Shown: positions 40,201-49,920 of the stretch, one piece after another | Layout: every line of letters begins with the position of its first letter | Numbering within the stretch: position 1 is the stretch's first letter | From: Acidobacteriota bacterium | GTDB lineage: Bacteria; Acidobacteriota; UBA6911; RPQK01; JAJDTT01 | Direction of reading: 5' to 3' | Assembly: GCA_965217775.1 (NCBI GenBank) | Contig: CBDCJH010000002.1 | Coordinates: 5,312,001-5,376,000, forward strand | Length of the DNA: 64,000 nt | Made by a program: the position numbers and the translations under genes | The notes under the pieces: generated by a model | What the model was told of the DNA's origin: nothing | Seen by the model: only the letters and a program-made list of their open reading frames with translations | Databases searched by the model: none

Positions 40201-40452
40201 CCCGGCACCTCTCGCCCGTCGGCGAGCGACCTTCAATTCGTTTTCCAATTCAGAACGCTTAATGTGGCTGGTGAGTTGCAATGCTTTATTCACCTGCGGC
40301 AGGAGGTCATCTTCGAGAAACGCCGTGATCTCGGAGGCCTTCAGGTTCATGATCCGGTAGAGGCCGAAGTCCAAATCTCCCCGGTCGAGTTGGAACATGT
40401 CTCGCAGAATGCGCTTCAACCGTGCGAATTTCTCGTTGGACTGCGTAGACAA
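37279..40452 (-). CDS. mod: Type III RM DNA methyltransferase Mod subunit
   Basis: DLDFGLYRIMN, IYIDPPYN (motif IV), DFFAGSGTT (motif I), beta order; TTG start at 40452 with GGAGG inferred. Confidence 0.92.
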   Translation of the reverse strand: MSTQSNEKFARLKRILRDMFQLDRGDLDFGLYRIMNLKASEITAFLEDDLLPQVNKALQLTSHIKRSELENELKVARRRARGAGYDPDENPSTDIINLNRRLAEMKKDADAETDVYNHLANFFARYYSEGDFISQRRYSSGGQSAYLIPYDGEEVKLHWANSDQYYVKTTENYSAYAFLVGSGATERRVRFEIAAADNEKDTIEEVADRQLRFVLASGSGAVTVADGELVVRFEHRSLTEGEKKKWPGNIGTQQSKINNSSVITILDATDVDWRTLLSTPAPTDANNERTVLAKHVERYTSKNRFDYFIHKDLSGFLHRELDLYLNTEILNLDDLQHDDATRLDRALARVRAIRHVGGKIIDFLGQLEDFQKQLWLKKKFVLETHWCITLDRVPEELYAEVASNAAQCDEWVKLFAVDEIQADLTNAGLVWENPPSLDFLRANPYLVLDTRHFDHYFTERLLATLSDAGSLEEGLDGLLVHGENFQALQLLQRQYDDRVKCIYIDPPYNTDSSAILYKNDYKDSSWLSLMENRLSLAKNLLSRNGILCCAIDDEEVWRLRALLQSLFDKEIGIASVRSTPIGRTSRGKLSPTHEYALFYGRQDAYPGPLIKTEKEKQRYPHRDEIGRYAWRNLLRTGTNDRRADRPKLYYPILVGDDDVLRIPDMIWDEQKTEYQILESLAENETVVWPVKEQNGQRIEKNWERGWKRVSREVQTGEYRVKRDVLSLSSGKQNISIHFIQRMDVSSAPKTWWGDSKYASSNHGAKVLKNLFVDNPLDFPKSVALVEDCIRASGGGGRDTQIVDFFAGSGTTGHAVINLNRIDGGKRKYVLVEMGRHFDTVMLPRIKKIVYSSDWKDGKPVSRKGITQLFKYIRLESYEDTLDCLEVMPPSNGNRELLAANPEFAEDYRLRYMLGLEASGSACLLGKDFSDPFAYTISIVRHGLRSEVPVDLPETFNFLIGLRVESRRRIDGVLAATGTDTKGRRCLILWRNTDDTDCFALDDWFKRHRDQFAGQLNIIYVNGDHTLNALQRPGESWIAKSIEPIFRELMFGETERDR

Positions 40453-40493
40453 CTGTCGCGCCTCCGGCCCTATCCGTGATCTCAGACGATCGA

Positions 40494-41594
40494 TCATGGT
40501 CTCGTCTTCCATTCCAGTCGTATTTTCAATCTGTTCAACCGAGTCCTCCAGGGCAGTAGGTGTTCATGCTGGAGCCTGCCGACGACGATACCCGGGGCAA
40601 TCCCTTGCTCGTCGGCGAACCGTCTAACCGCCACTACGGTACGAGGAGAGGTCGCGGCGAACCGATTCCAGTCGCTCCGCGATATCAGAAAAACCGCCGC
40701 CCATTGGTTGGCTTCGTTTTCTTGATCGGCCATCTTCTCATCCGGTTTCGCCCAGTCGATGAAGATGTCCTTTTTGCTATGCAGGAGGATGTGGGCCGCC
40801 TCATGGAAGAGGCTGAACCAGAGTTGATCGTCGGTCTTATGACGGGCGCTCAGTTCAATGACTGCTTTCCGCGGAGTTAGCCACCAAGCGGCGCCGCTCA
40901 GGGCAGTTTTCGGAAAGGGCTTGATCGGCGCCAAGGCGACACCGGCGTCGTTACAGAGCCCTTGGGCCATTTGAAGAGCACGTGTGAACGGAGCTTGAGT
41001 TAGTCCGCGAATCTCCCCTAACGCCCGTCTGAATTGAGCTGCGTTGTAGTGAGGGCACTCCTGCCGTTCCGCTTCAAGCTCTCCAAGTCGGAGCCAAGTT
41101 GTCAGCGCTGATTGGTTGCTCTCAAAACTGGGCGAATGTCGATACGCGACACGCATTCGCTGGTACTTCGTGAGCCAAGCCTCGATCGAGGCGACTCCAA
41201 AGAACGCGAGTAGCTTCGAAACAGCATCGGAGTCAGACACAGGTTTCCCCATTAGACCTCTCCCTACGAGTTCCTTGATGGGGAATCTCTTGGCCCAGAA
41301 AGCGGCTTTTTCCGCTTCCTGGGCCTCGCATAAGCGCGCCTGATGGAGCCGGTAATCGGCTTCAATGCCGAGCCAAATTCCGGCGTCGACTCCAAGAACT
41401 TTCTCGAATTGCAGGGCAGTTTCGGGTTCGACCGGCGCTTTCCCCGAGATGATTTCGCTGATCAGCTTGGCGGAACGACCGCACCTCCGGGCGAATTCTG
41501 CATGTGAGATCCCCTGCGCGTCGAGGCGTTCCTCCAGCACCCAGCCCGGCGGAACGGCATAATCCGGTCGATATTGAAGGGCCTCCATCGCCAT
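40494..41594 (-). CDS. HigA-like XRE HTH fused to ImmA/IrrE-type metallopeptidase
   Basis: PPGWVLEERL...SHAEFARR HTH; WFSLFHEAAH HExxH motif; EANQWAA. Confidence 0.88.
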   Translation of the reverse strand: MAMEALQYRPDYAVPPGWVLEERLDAQGISHAEFARRCGRSAKLISEIISGKAPVEPETALQFEKVLGVDAGIWLGIEADYRLHQARLCEAQEAEKAAFWAKRFPIKELVGRGLMGKPVSDSDAVSKLLAFFGVASIEAWLTKYQRMRVAYRHSPSFESNQSALTTWLRLGELEAERQECPHYNAAQFRRALGEIRGLTQAPFTRALQMAQGLCNDAGVALAPIKPFPKTALSGAAWWLTPRKAVIELSARHKTDDQLWFSLFHEAAHILLHSKKDIFIDWAKPDEKMADQENEANQWAAVFLISRSDWNRFAATSPRTVVAVRRFADEQGIAPGIVVGRLQHEHLLPWRTRLNRLKIRLEWKTRP

Positions 41595-41608
41595 GTCTTT
41601 ACCCTCCT

Positions 41609-41944
41609 TCAGTGGTAGTCGACCACATCGATGACGGTGATCGCGGTCACGCTGTCGGTGTCAACGCCACCGTCTTCTCTGAGCGGGATCGGTTCATGAT
41701 TCGGTTTGAAGACCAGCCGGTAAGGATGCTTCAGATCGACGGCGTACTGCTTGCTCCGCTTCCCTTTGAGTTGGTGGCATCGCTCGGGCCGCGTCGTCGG
41801 GACTTGCGATAACGTGCGGGCGTTCTTGAGCACTCCAAAACGACTCACGATCGCCTTCGCCATGCGGTCACCGTATGCCTTCTGCAATGTGTTGGCAGCG
41901 TTGAACATCCTAGCGAGCTTTCGGATCCTGAAGGTAATGTCCAC
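41609..41944 (-). CDS. HigB/RelE-like toxin (killer-suppression family)
   Basis: MDITFRIRKL, RCHQLKGKRSKQYAVDLKHPYRLVFKP, VVDYH. Confidence 0.85.
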   Translation of the reverse strand: MDITFRIRKLARMFNAANTLQKAYGDRMAKAIVSRFGVLKNARTLSQVPTTRPERCHQLKGKRSKQYAVDLKHPYRLVFKPNHEPIPLREDGGVDTDSVTAITVIDVVDYH

Positions 41945-41978
41945 TATAGTATCTGATATTCGTTACCTTATAGGTAAC
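41945..41978 (-). promoter_or_regulatory. Operator palindrome and leaderless promoter of the higB-like operon
   Basis: GTTACCT-tat-AGGTAAC perfect IR at 41962-41978; minus-strand TACTAT immediately before GTG 41944. Confidence 0.65.
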
Positions 41979-42131
41979 ATTTTATCATTTTTCTCCGACA
42001 CTCCTGGTGACGCGGAAAGGGTGACCGGACGGAAGGAGAACGGTGACCGAACCAAGAGTGTCCACCTCCTTAGCTGCGTGTCGCCTACGGCCAAGGAAAC
42101 CAATTGCATCGGCCTGTCCAGGAGACAAGGC

Positions 42132-42169
42132 TTGCAACAAAGCGTGCCTCTGCGGCATAACGTGTTGCA
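42132..42169 (+). promoter_or_regulatory. Promoter/operator of second higBA
   Basis: TTGCAA-18-CATAAC; IR TGCAACA...TGTTGCA overlaps the start. Confidence 0.5.
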
Positions 42170-42441
42170 TTCGGTGCTAGCACAAAGGATTGCAACGACT
42201 GGTTGCACGAGACGATGCTCGACTGCTGCCCCAACCCCTCACCAGCCGTATCCGTCGCATCTTGACGGAACTGGCAGCCGCGCAATCGGCCCACGACATG
42301 AGTCTGCCCGGTTACCGGCTGCATCGGCTGAAAGGCACTCGACGTGAGCAATGGAGCGTGCGCGTCTCGGGCAACTGGCGCATTGTCTTCCGCTTCGTTG
42401 AGGGTGAGGCGGTGGACGTAGATTTGATCGATTACCATTGA
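42162..42441 (+). pseudogene. higB: HigB toxin, probably frameshifted near the N-terminus
   Basis: GTG TTG CAT TCG GTG C TAG CAC AAA GGA: MLHSV is out of frame with HKGLQRL...LPGYRLHRLKG...VSGNWRIVFRF...DYH. Confidence 0.7.
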
Positions 42442-42457
42442 CTGACGGAGGCCCCAA

Positions 42458-42712
42458 ATGATGAACCCGACACATCCCGGCGAAAGCGTCCGCAACTGCA
42501 TCAATGAATCCGGCTGGACGGTAACGGAGTGTGCGGACCGGCTTGGCGTTACTCGCAACAACCTTTCTCGATTGCTGAACGGACGGATCGGGATATCGGC
42601 GCGGGTTGCCCTGGGACTGGAGTCCATTGGCTGGAGCAACGCAGAATTCTGGATGCGCCTGCAAGCCAACTACGAATTGGCGCAAGAACGCCGCAAGCAG
42701 GCCGCCGCGTGA
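42458..42712 (+). CDS. higA: HigA antitoxin
   Basis: NPTHPGE, LGVTRNNLSRLLNG, FWMRLQANYEL. Confidence 0.9.
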   Translation: MMNPTHPGESVRNCINESGWTVTECADRLGVTRNNLSRLLNGRIGISARVALGLESIGWSNAEFWMRLQANYELAQERRKQAAA

Positions 42713-42755
42713 ATACCGCAGTGCTGAGGGACCGGGGACTCTCTCCGGCGCTTAG

Positions 42756-42914
42756 CAGCCCGTGGCAAAAGTCGTCACGGCATTCGACCGTCCCTGCATC
42801 CCGGCGGACTGCGTTGCTATCGGCTCACATACTCCCGGTATGTTCCCTCCGAAGCGCCTTGTCCGGCGGGCGCAGGAACGGTTTCGGTGCTCGCGCGACT
42901 TTCACCACGGGCTG
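42756..42914 (+). mobile_element. MITE copy 2 (159 bp), TSD TTAG
   Basis: Same TIRs; TTAG at 42752-55 and 42915-18. Confidence 0.9.
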
Positions 42915-43112
42915 TTAGCGGAAGGGCTCCTGCAGAGTAGCTGCCCAGACTGGAGCGTCAGAGAAGCGGATGGAGGAAGGCGGTAGCCGGATGGATCGTC
43001 CTGGTGAGTTCGGCGTGGGGTCGGAGTTGCGGGAGTTGGTTGCGCCGTACTTCCTGAGTAGCAGCGCCAACGCCGTGCGCTGTAGGTCATCTGAAATTCG
43101 GGTTGGTCGCCG

Positions 43113-44066
43113 TCACCCCGGCGGGTTGCGGGCCAAGAGCTCCTCATAATACGGGATGGTCCGCTGGAGTCCCTCCCTCAGGCCCACGAACGGGTCCCAG
43201 TCCAGATGCCGTTGTGCCCGGTCGATGTCGGGCCGCCGCCGGACCGGATCGTCCACCGGAATCAGTCCGAACTCGATCTCGGATTTCGAGCCGGTGAGTT
43301 CCAGGATCAGTTTTGCCAGCGACAGTATGGAACACTCGTGGGGACTGCCCAGGTTGACCGGTCCAGGGACCCAATCGGCGTCCATCAGTTGCTCCAGCCC
43401 AGCCACCATGTCGGAGACGAAACAGAAGGAGCGGGTCTGGGAGCCGTCTCCGTAGACGGTCAGGGGCTTTCCCCGCAGCGCCTGGACCACGAAATTGCTG
43501 ACGACGCGCCCGTCCACCTCCGACATTCGGGGTCCGTAGGTGTTGAAGATGCGGGCGATCCTCACGTTGACGCCGTTCTGGCGCTTGTAGTTGATCATCA
43601 GGGACTCGGCTACTCGTTTTCCCTCGTCATAGCAGCTTCGAGGGCCGATGGGGTTCACGTTGCCCCAGTAGTCCTCACGCTGCGGATGGACCAGAGGGTC
43701 GCCGTAGACCTCGGAAGTGCTGGCCTGGAGGATCCGGGCCCCGACCCTCTTGGCCAGGCCGAGAAGGTTGAGGGTGCCCATGACGTTGGTCTTCACCGTC
43801 TTGACCGGATTGTACTGGTAGTGCACCGGCGCCGCCGGGGAGGCCAGGTTGTAGATCCGGTCCACCTCCAGCAGGATCGGCTGAGTCACGTCGTGGCGGA
43901 TGAACTCGAAGTAAGGGTGTTCCAGGAGCGGGAGGATGTTGCGCCGGGTGCCCGAGAACAGGTTGTCGAGACAGAGTACATCCGCTCCCTGCCGGAGCAG
44001 CGATTCGCAGAGGTGGCTGCCGATGAATCCGGCGCCTCCCGCTACCAGAATCCGTTCCCGGATCAT
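43113..44066 (-). CDS. uxs: UDP-glucuronate decarboxylase (UDP-xylose synthase family)
   Basis: [41 protein letters not shown]. Confidence 0.92.
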   Translation of the reverse strand: MIRERILVAGGAGFIGSHLCESLLRQGADVLCLDNLFSGTRRNILPLLEHPYFEFIRHDVTQPILLEVDRIYNLASPAAPVHYQYNPVKTVKTNVMGTLNLLGLAKRVGARILQASTSEVYGDPLVHPQREDYWGNVNPIGPRSCYDEGKRVAESLMINYKRQNGVNVRIARIFNTYGPRMSEVDGRVVSNFVVQALRGKPLTVYGDGSQTRSFCFVSDMVAGLEQLMDADWVPGPVNLGSPHECSILSLAKLILELTGSKSEIEFGLIPVDDPVRRRPDIDRAQRHLDWDPFVGLREGLQRTIPYYEELLARNPPG

Positions 44067-44093
44067 CCTTTGACCCCCCGGTCGCGTGGACAC

Positions 44094-44313
44094 GTAGGGG
44101 CGCCCCTTGTGGGGTCCTCTTGCCCCTTGTGGGCGCCCTCCTGCTTCCTGCCGGGTTCAGTATGGCATTGGAGACCGCCGGAGTCAGCAAGGGTGCTCTC
44201 CGTTCCCGTGGCCTTAGGAAAGACGTATAGGGGCACCCCTATTGGGCGCTTTCGTGCGTCCGTTCCTGCAAATTTCCTCCTTGGGAAATCGGCGATTGGA
44301 AAGTCGCCGCTCC
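44094..44313. repeat. REP-like cluster (GTAG doublet, degenerate GTAG, inverted GGAG palindrome)
   Basis: GTAGGGGCGCCCCTTGTGGGGTCCTCTTGCCCCTTGTGGGCGCCCTC at 44094-44140; rc GGAGCGGCGACTTTCCAATCGCCG at 44290-44313. Confidence 0.7.
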
Positions 44314-44337
44314 GCGTGTCTTCTATAATGCATTCCC

Positions 44338-46428
44338 ATGGCCGATCCACAGGGGATCTCGTACGCGGGCGTGACTTACGGGGAGGCGGCGCCCTCCTCC
44401 GCCCGGTTCCGGATCAAAAGTCCGTTCTCTCCCAGCCGGGATCAGGATCGGGCCATCGAGAAGTTGGTCCGGGGCATTCGGGAAGGCCGGCGCAGCCAGG
44501 TGCTGCTGGGAGTCACCGGGTCCGGCAAGACCTTCACCATGGCCCAGGTCATCGAGCGGATCAATCGGACCACCCTGGTCCTGAGTCACAATAAGACTCT
44601 GGCCGCCCAGCTCTACCAGGAGTTCCGGAACTTCTTCCCCGAAAACGCGGTGGAGTACTTCGTCAGCTACTACGACTACTACCAGCCGGAAGCGTACATC
44701 GCCTCCACCGACACCTACATCGAGAAGGAGGCCCTGATCAACGACGATATCGACCGGCTGCGGCATTCGGCGACCCGATCCCTGTTCGAGCGCCGTGACT
44801 GCATCATCGTCTGCAGCGTGAGCTGCATCTACGGATTGGGGTCTCCCGAGGCCTATTACGGGATGCTGCTCATGCTGAGCGAGGGCCAGCGGATCTCCCG
44901 GCAGTCGCTGCTGCACAGGTTGGTGGACATCCAGTACGAGCGGACCGATCTGGATCTGGCCCGGGGGACCTTCCGGGTCCGGGGGGACGTGGTCGAGGTG
45001 GTTCCGTCCTACGGGGACTACGGCATCCGGATCGAGCTGTTCGGCGACGAAGTGGATGGAATCTATCAGTTCGATCCGTTGACCGGGCAGACCCAGAAAC
45101 GCCATCCACGGATCCCCATCTACCCCCGGTCCCACTACGTGATGCCCGAGGAGCAGCGGAAACGCGCCATGGAGAGCATCCGGGACGAGCTGACGGAGCA
45201 CCAGGCCCGGCTCGAGATGGAAGGACGCCTGATGGAAGCCGAGAGGGTTCGCCAACGGACCCTTTTCGATCTGGAGATGATGCGAACCGTCGGCTACTGC
45301 CGGGGTGTCGAGAACTATTCCCGTCACCTCACCGGCCGTCGACCGGGGCAGGCTCCGCCCACGCTCATGGACTATCTGCCGAAGGAATCGCTCATCTTCA
45401 TCGACGAGAGCCATGTGTCCGTCCCCCAGGTCAGGGGCATGTACGCGGGGGACCGTTCCAGAAAGCTGAACCTGGTGAAGTACGGGTTCCGCCTCCCCTC
45501 GGCTCTCGACAATCGACCCTTGAGCTTTGCCGAGTTCGAGCTCCGCCGTCCCCAGACCCTCTACGTTTCGGCCACTCCGGCCAATTTCGAGCTGGAGGAG
45601 TGCGGAGGGGAGGTGGTGGAGCAGATCATTCGGCCCACCGGCCTCATGGATCCGGAAATCGTAGTGCGCCCGGTCCGCAACCAGATCGACGATCTGCTGG
45701 AGGAGATTCGGAGCCGTTCCGAACGGAGGGAGCGGGTACTGGTCACCACCTTGACCAAACGGATGGCCGAGGAGTTGACCGAGTACTACACCGAGATCGG
45801 CGTCATGGTCCGTTACCTTCATTCGGAAGTGGATACATTGGACCGGGTCAAGCTCTTGCGTGATCTGCGCCTGGGCCGGTTCGACGTCCTGGTGGGAGTC
45901 AACCTGTTGCGCGAGGGTCTGGATCTGCCGGAGGTCTCCCTGGTGGCGGTGCTTGACGCCGACAAGGAGGGGTTCCTGCGCAGCGGCACCTCTCTGATCC
46001 AGACTTCGGGGCGGGCGGCTCGAAACGTCAACGGGAAGGTCATCATGTACGCCGACGTCGTCACCCGGTCCATGAGACATGCCATTGAGGAGACGGGAAG
46101 ACGCCGGGTTCTTCAGCGCGACTACAACGACGAAAACGGGATCACTCCGGAGAGCATCGTCAAGCCGGTGGACGCGACGCTGCTGGAGATGACCCGGCTG
46201 GACTACTATGAAATCCCGCTGGTGGCCGAGGAGGTGGACCAGTACGGTTCTCCCCAGGAAATCGAGCAGGAGATACTCAGGTTGAACGACGACATGAAGA
46301 AGGCGGCTCAGGAGTTCGAGTTCGAAAAGGCGGCCCAGTTGCGGGATCGGATCAAGCTGTTGCGGGAAACCCATCTCCAGTTGGCAGGCGACCCGCAGCC
46401 GAACGGCCGGGGGGAGGGTGCCGGATGA
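44338..46428 (+). CDS. uvrB: Excinuclease ABC subunit B
   Basis: [23 protein letters not shown]-terminal UVR motif FEKAAQLRD. Confidence 0.97.
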   Translation: MADPQGISYAGVTYGEAAPSSARFRIKSPFSPSRDQDRAIEKLVRGIREGRRSQVLLGVTGSGKTFTMAQVIERINRTTLVLSHNKTLAAQLYQEFRNFFPENAVEYFVSYYDYYQPEAYIASTDTYIEKEALINDDIDRLRHSATRSLFERRDCIIVCSVSCIYGLGSPEAYYGMLLMLSEGQRISRQSLLHRLVDIQYERTDLDLARGTFRVRGDVVEVVPSYGDYGIRIELFGDEVDGIYQFDPLTGQTQKRHPRIPIYPRSHYVMPEEQRKRAMESIRDELTEHQARLEMEGRLMEAERVRQRTLFDLEMMRTVGYCRGVENYSRHLTGRRPGQAPPTLMDYLPKESLIFIDESHVSVPQVRGMYAGDRSRKLNLVKYGFRLPSALDNRPLSFAEFELRRPQTLYVSATPANFELEECGGEVVEQIIRPTGLMDPEIVVRPVRNQIDDLLEEIRSRSERRERVLVTTLTKRMAEELTEYYTEIGVMVRYLHSEVDTLDRVKLLRDLRLGRFDVLVGVNLLREGLDLPEVSLVAVLDADKEGFLRSGTSLIQTSGRAARNVNGKVIMYADVVTRSMRHAIEETGRRRVLQRDYNDENGITPESIVKPVDATLLEMTRLDYYEIPLVAEEVDQYGSPQEIEQEILRLNDDMKKAAQEFEFEKAAQLRDRIKLLRETHLQLAGDPQPNGRGEGAG

Positions 46429-47726
46429 CGTCCGGACGAGTCGATCCGGTCCAGGTTCCCCTCAAGGGGGAGGTGGAGGTGCCGGGAGACAAGAGCATCT
46501 CCCATCGCTATGCCCTTTTCGGGGGCATGGCCAGGGGAACGACCCGGATCCGCAATTTCTCCTCCAGCGAAGACTGTCAGGCGAGTCTTTCCTGCATCGA
46601 GGCGCTCGGGGTGGAAGTGGTTCGAAACGGCTCCCGTGTGGAGATCACCAGCCCGGGATGGCGGCATTTCACCGCGCCGGCCCGGGTTCTGGACGTTCAG
46701 AACAGCGGGACCACCATCCGGCTGCTCTCGGCCCTGCTGGCGGCGGGACGATTCTCCTCCCAGGTCCAGGGGGACTCTTCTCTCAACCAACGCCCCATGA
46801 AGCGCATCATGGATCCGCTGAGTCGAATGGGCGCTCGGATCGACGCCCGGGAAGGCAGGTTCCCGCCTCTTCTGATCCAGGGCGGCCGGCTGACCGGGAT
46901 CCGGTACAGGCTGCCCATCGCCAGCGCCCAGGTGAAGTCGTGCGTCTTGCTGGCCGGATTGATGGCCGAGGGCGAGACGGAGGTGGAGGAGACGGGGCCG
47001 TCCCGGGATCATACCGAACGGGCCCTCCCCTTCTTTGGCGCCGCGTTGATTCGGGACGGAGCTCGCCTCCGGGTGCGGGGAGGCGCTCGGCTCCGCGGCG
47101 TCGATTTCCGGATCCCGGGAGACTTTTCCTCCGCGTTGTTCTTCCTGGTGGCGAGCCTGCTGGTTCCGGGCAGCCGGATCGCCTTGAAGGGAGTCGGCGT
47201 CAATCCCACCCGGGCGGGTTTCCTCTCGCTGCTGGAACAGGCCGGAATCCGAGTCGAGAGGTCCAATGCCACAGAGAGCAACGGCGAACCGGTCTGCGAT
47301 CTGCAGATCCGGGCGGATCCCCAGGTCCGAAGGCAGTTTCCCAACGAGATCTCGGGAGACTGGGTGGCCCGGCTCATCGACGAGATCCCGGCGCTGGCCA
47401 TTTTGGGGATCAGTCTGGAACGGGGGTTCCAGGTTCGAGACGCCCAGGAGCTGCGCCACAAGGAGTCGGACCGGATCCACTCGGTCGTCGTCAATTTGCG
47501 TGAACTCGGCGTGGACATCCGCGAACTCCCGGATGGATTCGTCATCCCTCCCGGCAGCCGCATCCGCGGCGGGAAGGTGCGGACCTTCGGCGATCATCGA
47601 ATCGCCATGGCCTTCGCCCTGGCAGGTCTGGTGGCGGAGAGCCCGGTGGAACTGGATCGTCCCGAGTGCGTGGCCGTGTCCTATCCTGATTTCTTCCGGC
47701 ACCTGGAGGGGGTTTGCCGCCGTTGA
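46425..47726 (+). CDS. aroA: EPSP synthase
   Basis: [33 protein letters not shown]. Confidence 0.96.
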   Translation: MTSGRVDPVQVPLKGEVEVPGDKSISHRYALFGGMARGTTRIRNFSSSEDCQASLSCIEALGVEVVRNGSRVEITSPGWRHFTAPARVLDVQNSGTTIRLLSALLAAGRFSSQVQGDSSLNQRPMKRIMDPLSRMGARIDAREGRFPPLLIQGGRLTGIRYRLPIASAQVKSCVLLAGLMAEGETEVEETGPSRDHTERALPFFGAALIRDGARLRVRGGARLRGVDFRIPGDFSSALFFLVASLLVPGSRIALKGVGVNPTRAGFLSLLEQAGIRVERSNATESNGEPVCDLQIRADPQVRRQFPNEISGDWVARLIDEIPALAILGISLERGFQVRDAQELRHKESDRIHSVVVNLRELGVDIRELPDGFVIPPGSRIRGGKVRTFGDHRIAMAFALAGLVAESPVELDRPECVAVSYPDFFRHLEGVCRR

Positions 47727-48250
47727 AGGGTCACCTCTATCTGGTGGGTTTCATGGGCAGCGGCAAGTCGACCGTGGGGCCGACTCTGGCCGGGCAGTTG
47801 GGCCGGGAGTTCCTGGATCTGGACGATTTGATCGAGGAGGCGGAGGAGACCGACATTCCGCGAATCTTCGATCTTCGGGGCGAAGCCTATTTTCGGGAGT
47901 TGGAGACTCGTATCCTGGCGTCCGTCCAGGATCGGCGACCTGCCGTCGTCGCTCTGGGTGGAGGGGCCTTTTCCCAGGCGCCGAACCGCGGCCTGATCTT
48001 CAGGACCGGAGTCGCCGTGACCCTCCGGATTCCGCTGGAACTCGCCTGGCAGCGTTCCACGGAGATGGACAACCGTCCGCTGGCTCGGGATCGGCAACAG
48101 TTCGAGACCCTCTACCTCAAGCGGCAGCCGGACTACGATCTGGCCGATCTGAAGGTCGGGGTTTCGGGGAGGACGCCGGAGCAGATCTGCCAATTGATCC
48201 GGGACCGTCTCGAAACGGTTCATCGGATCCCGGATTCTTTCCGCGGTTAG
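47723..48250 (+). CDS. aroK: Shikimate kinase
   Basis: LVGFMGSGKST, GEAYFRELE, ALGGG, RPL. Confidence 0.93.
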   Translation: MKGHLYLVGFMGSGKSTVGPTLAGQLGREFLDLDDLIEEAEETDIPRIFDLRGEAYFRELETRILASVQDRRPAVVALGGGAFSQAPNRGLIFRTGVAVTLRIPLELAWQRSTEMDNRPLARDRQQFETLYLKRQPDYDLADLKVGVSGRTPEQICQLIRDRLETVHRIPDSFRG

Positions 48251-48359
48251 GTGTGGGCCGAGCGCCAAAAATGGACAGGGTTCTGCGCTATCCTTCCAGC
48301 GCCCCGCTGTCGGCGCGGGCTGGTGTTGGCCTTGACGATCGGAAAGGGACCGTCCACCC

Positions 48360-49904
48360 ATGCCTGTTCTGCTGATCCTGCTTCTGATTGCCGTTTCCCA
48401 CCCGCTCTCCGCCCAGTCGACGGAGCTCTTCTCCACCGAGGGGTACCGGGATCGAATGAAGTTCTGGACCGACGTTTTCACGCGGTACGGAGAGGGGGAG
48501 TACCAGATTCACGACAAGAACGATTTGAGGCTGGTGTACCGGATGGTCCGAACCGGAGCCGGGCAGAGGGGGAGGACCGCCACACGCCGCCGCCGTCAGA
48601 AGTTGCGGAATGCCAGGGCGGAAGTGCGGCGGCTACTTCTGGACCTGGCCCGGCGAGAGCCGAGCCGCTGGAGCGGCAAGCACCGCGAGATCGCTGAAGT
48701 CGTTCGAGGCGCCGGTTATTCTCTCTCCTCCAAGACCTTGAAGGGTCTTTCCGGAAACATCCGCCATCAACGGGGAATCCGGGAAAGGTTCCGCGCGGGC
48801 GTGATCCGCTCCGGCAGGTATCTGAAGCGGATGAAGGAGATCTTTCGCAGGGAGGGGCTGCCGGAAGAGCTGGCCTATCTACCCCACGTGGAGTCCAGCT
48901 TCAACGACCGGGCCTATTCCCATGCCGGAGCGGCGGGCGTCTGGCAGTTCATGCGGTCGACGGGCCGCCTGTACATGAAGGTCAATCGCTCGGTGGACGA
49001 ACGGCTCCATCCCATCCGGGCCACCGAAGCGGCCGCGCGGATGCTCAAGGACAACTATCGGAGACTGGGGAACTGGCCCCTGGCGGTGACCGCCTACAAC
49101 CAGGGACCCAACGGCATGGCGAGGGCCAAACGGCGCCATGGCCCGGACCTGCGAGTCATCATCAAGCGTCATCGGTCCCGGACCTTCGGCTTCGCGGGAC
49201 AGAATTTCTATGCCGAGTTCCTGGTCGCCATCGAGATTGGCCGGAACCCGGAGAAATATTTCGGCTCCATTCAATTGGATGAACCGAGAAGCTTTCCTTC
49301 CGTCCGCCTCCAGGCGAATCGGCGGGTGGGTCATGTGGTGGCTCACTCCGGGGTGAAGATGGATACGCTACGCCGGCACAACCCGCATATCCGGCGCCGG
49401 GTATGGCGGAGCTCAGGTGTCCTGCCGTCGGGAGTGGCCCTCTATTTCCCGCCCGGCAAGCGGGAGCACGTGACGGCGGCTCTCAAGAAGGCTCCTCGAG
49501 TGCAGTTGGCCCAGCGGAGAGAGGTCGGTCCGGGCGAGTACCGCGTCCGGCGTGGAGATACGCTGGGCGGGATCGCCCGGCGGTTCGAGACTTCGGTGGC
49601 TGCTCTCAGACGAGACAACAGCATTCGGGGCACCCGCATCATTGCCGGAGAGGTTCTCACGGTTTCGAAGAGCAAGTCGCGAGGCCGTACCGTCGCCCAG
49701 GCCCAGAGCCGTACGCCCCCCGGAGCGCAACGCCGTACCGTCGCCAAAACGAACAGCCCGGACATCTACCGGGTCCGGCGAGGGGACAACCTCTGGGTCA
49801 TTGCCAGGAAATTCGGGGTTTCTCCGCGCCAGCTCCAGAGAGCCAACGGCATCCGGAACCGCGATCGTATTCACCCGGGCCAGACTCTACGCATACCGAA
49901 TTAG
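48360..49904 (+). CDS. MltD-like lytic transglycosylase with two LysM domains
   Basis: PHVESSF, GVWQFM, AYNQG; YRVRRGDTL and YRVRRGDNL LysM motifs. Confidence 0.9.
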   Translation: MPVLLILLLIAVSHPLSAQSTELFSTEGYRDRMKFWTDVFTRYGEGEYQIHDKNDLRLVYRMVRTGAGQRGRTATRRRRQKLRNARAEVRRLLLDLARREPSRWSGKHREIAEVVRGAGYSLSSKTLKGLSGNIRHQRGIRERFRAGVIRSGRYLKRMKEIFRREGLPEELAYLPHVESSFNDRAYSHAGAAGVWQFMRSTGRLYMKVNRSVDERLHPIRATEAAARMLKDNYRRLGNWPLAVTAYNQGPNGMARAKRRHGPDLRVIIKRHRSRTFGFAGQNFYAEFLVAIEIGRNPEKYFGSIQLDEPRSFPSVRLQANRRVGHVVAHSGVKMDTLRRHNPHIRRRVWRSSGVLPSGVALYFPPGKREHVTAALKKAPRVQLAQRREVGPGEYRVRRGDTLGGIARRFETSVAALRRDNSIRGTRIIAGEVLTVSKSKSRGRTVAQAQSRTPPGAQRRTVAKTNSPDIYRVRRGDNLWVIARKFGVSPRQLQRANGIRNRDRIHPGQTLRIPN

Positions 49905-49920
49905 GCTGGAACGCCCCCGT

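Larger units (their letters stand above)
28500..43100. other. Defence-type genomic island (approximate limits)
   Basis: Visible AT enrichment relative to the flanks; RM, TA, NYN and STAND genes; no core genes between nuoA and uxs. Confidence 0.7.

Noticed and set aside
44150-44337. LexA box upstream of uvrB
   Set aside because: No convincing known LexA motif; region explained by REP-like repeats plus a TATAAT
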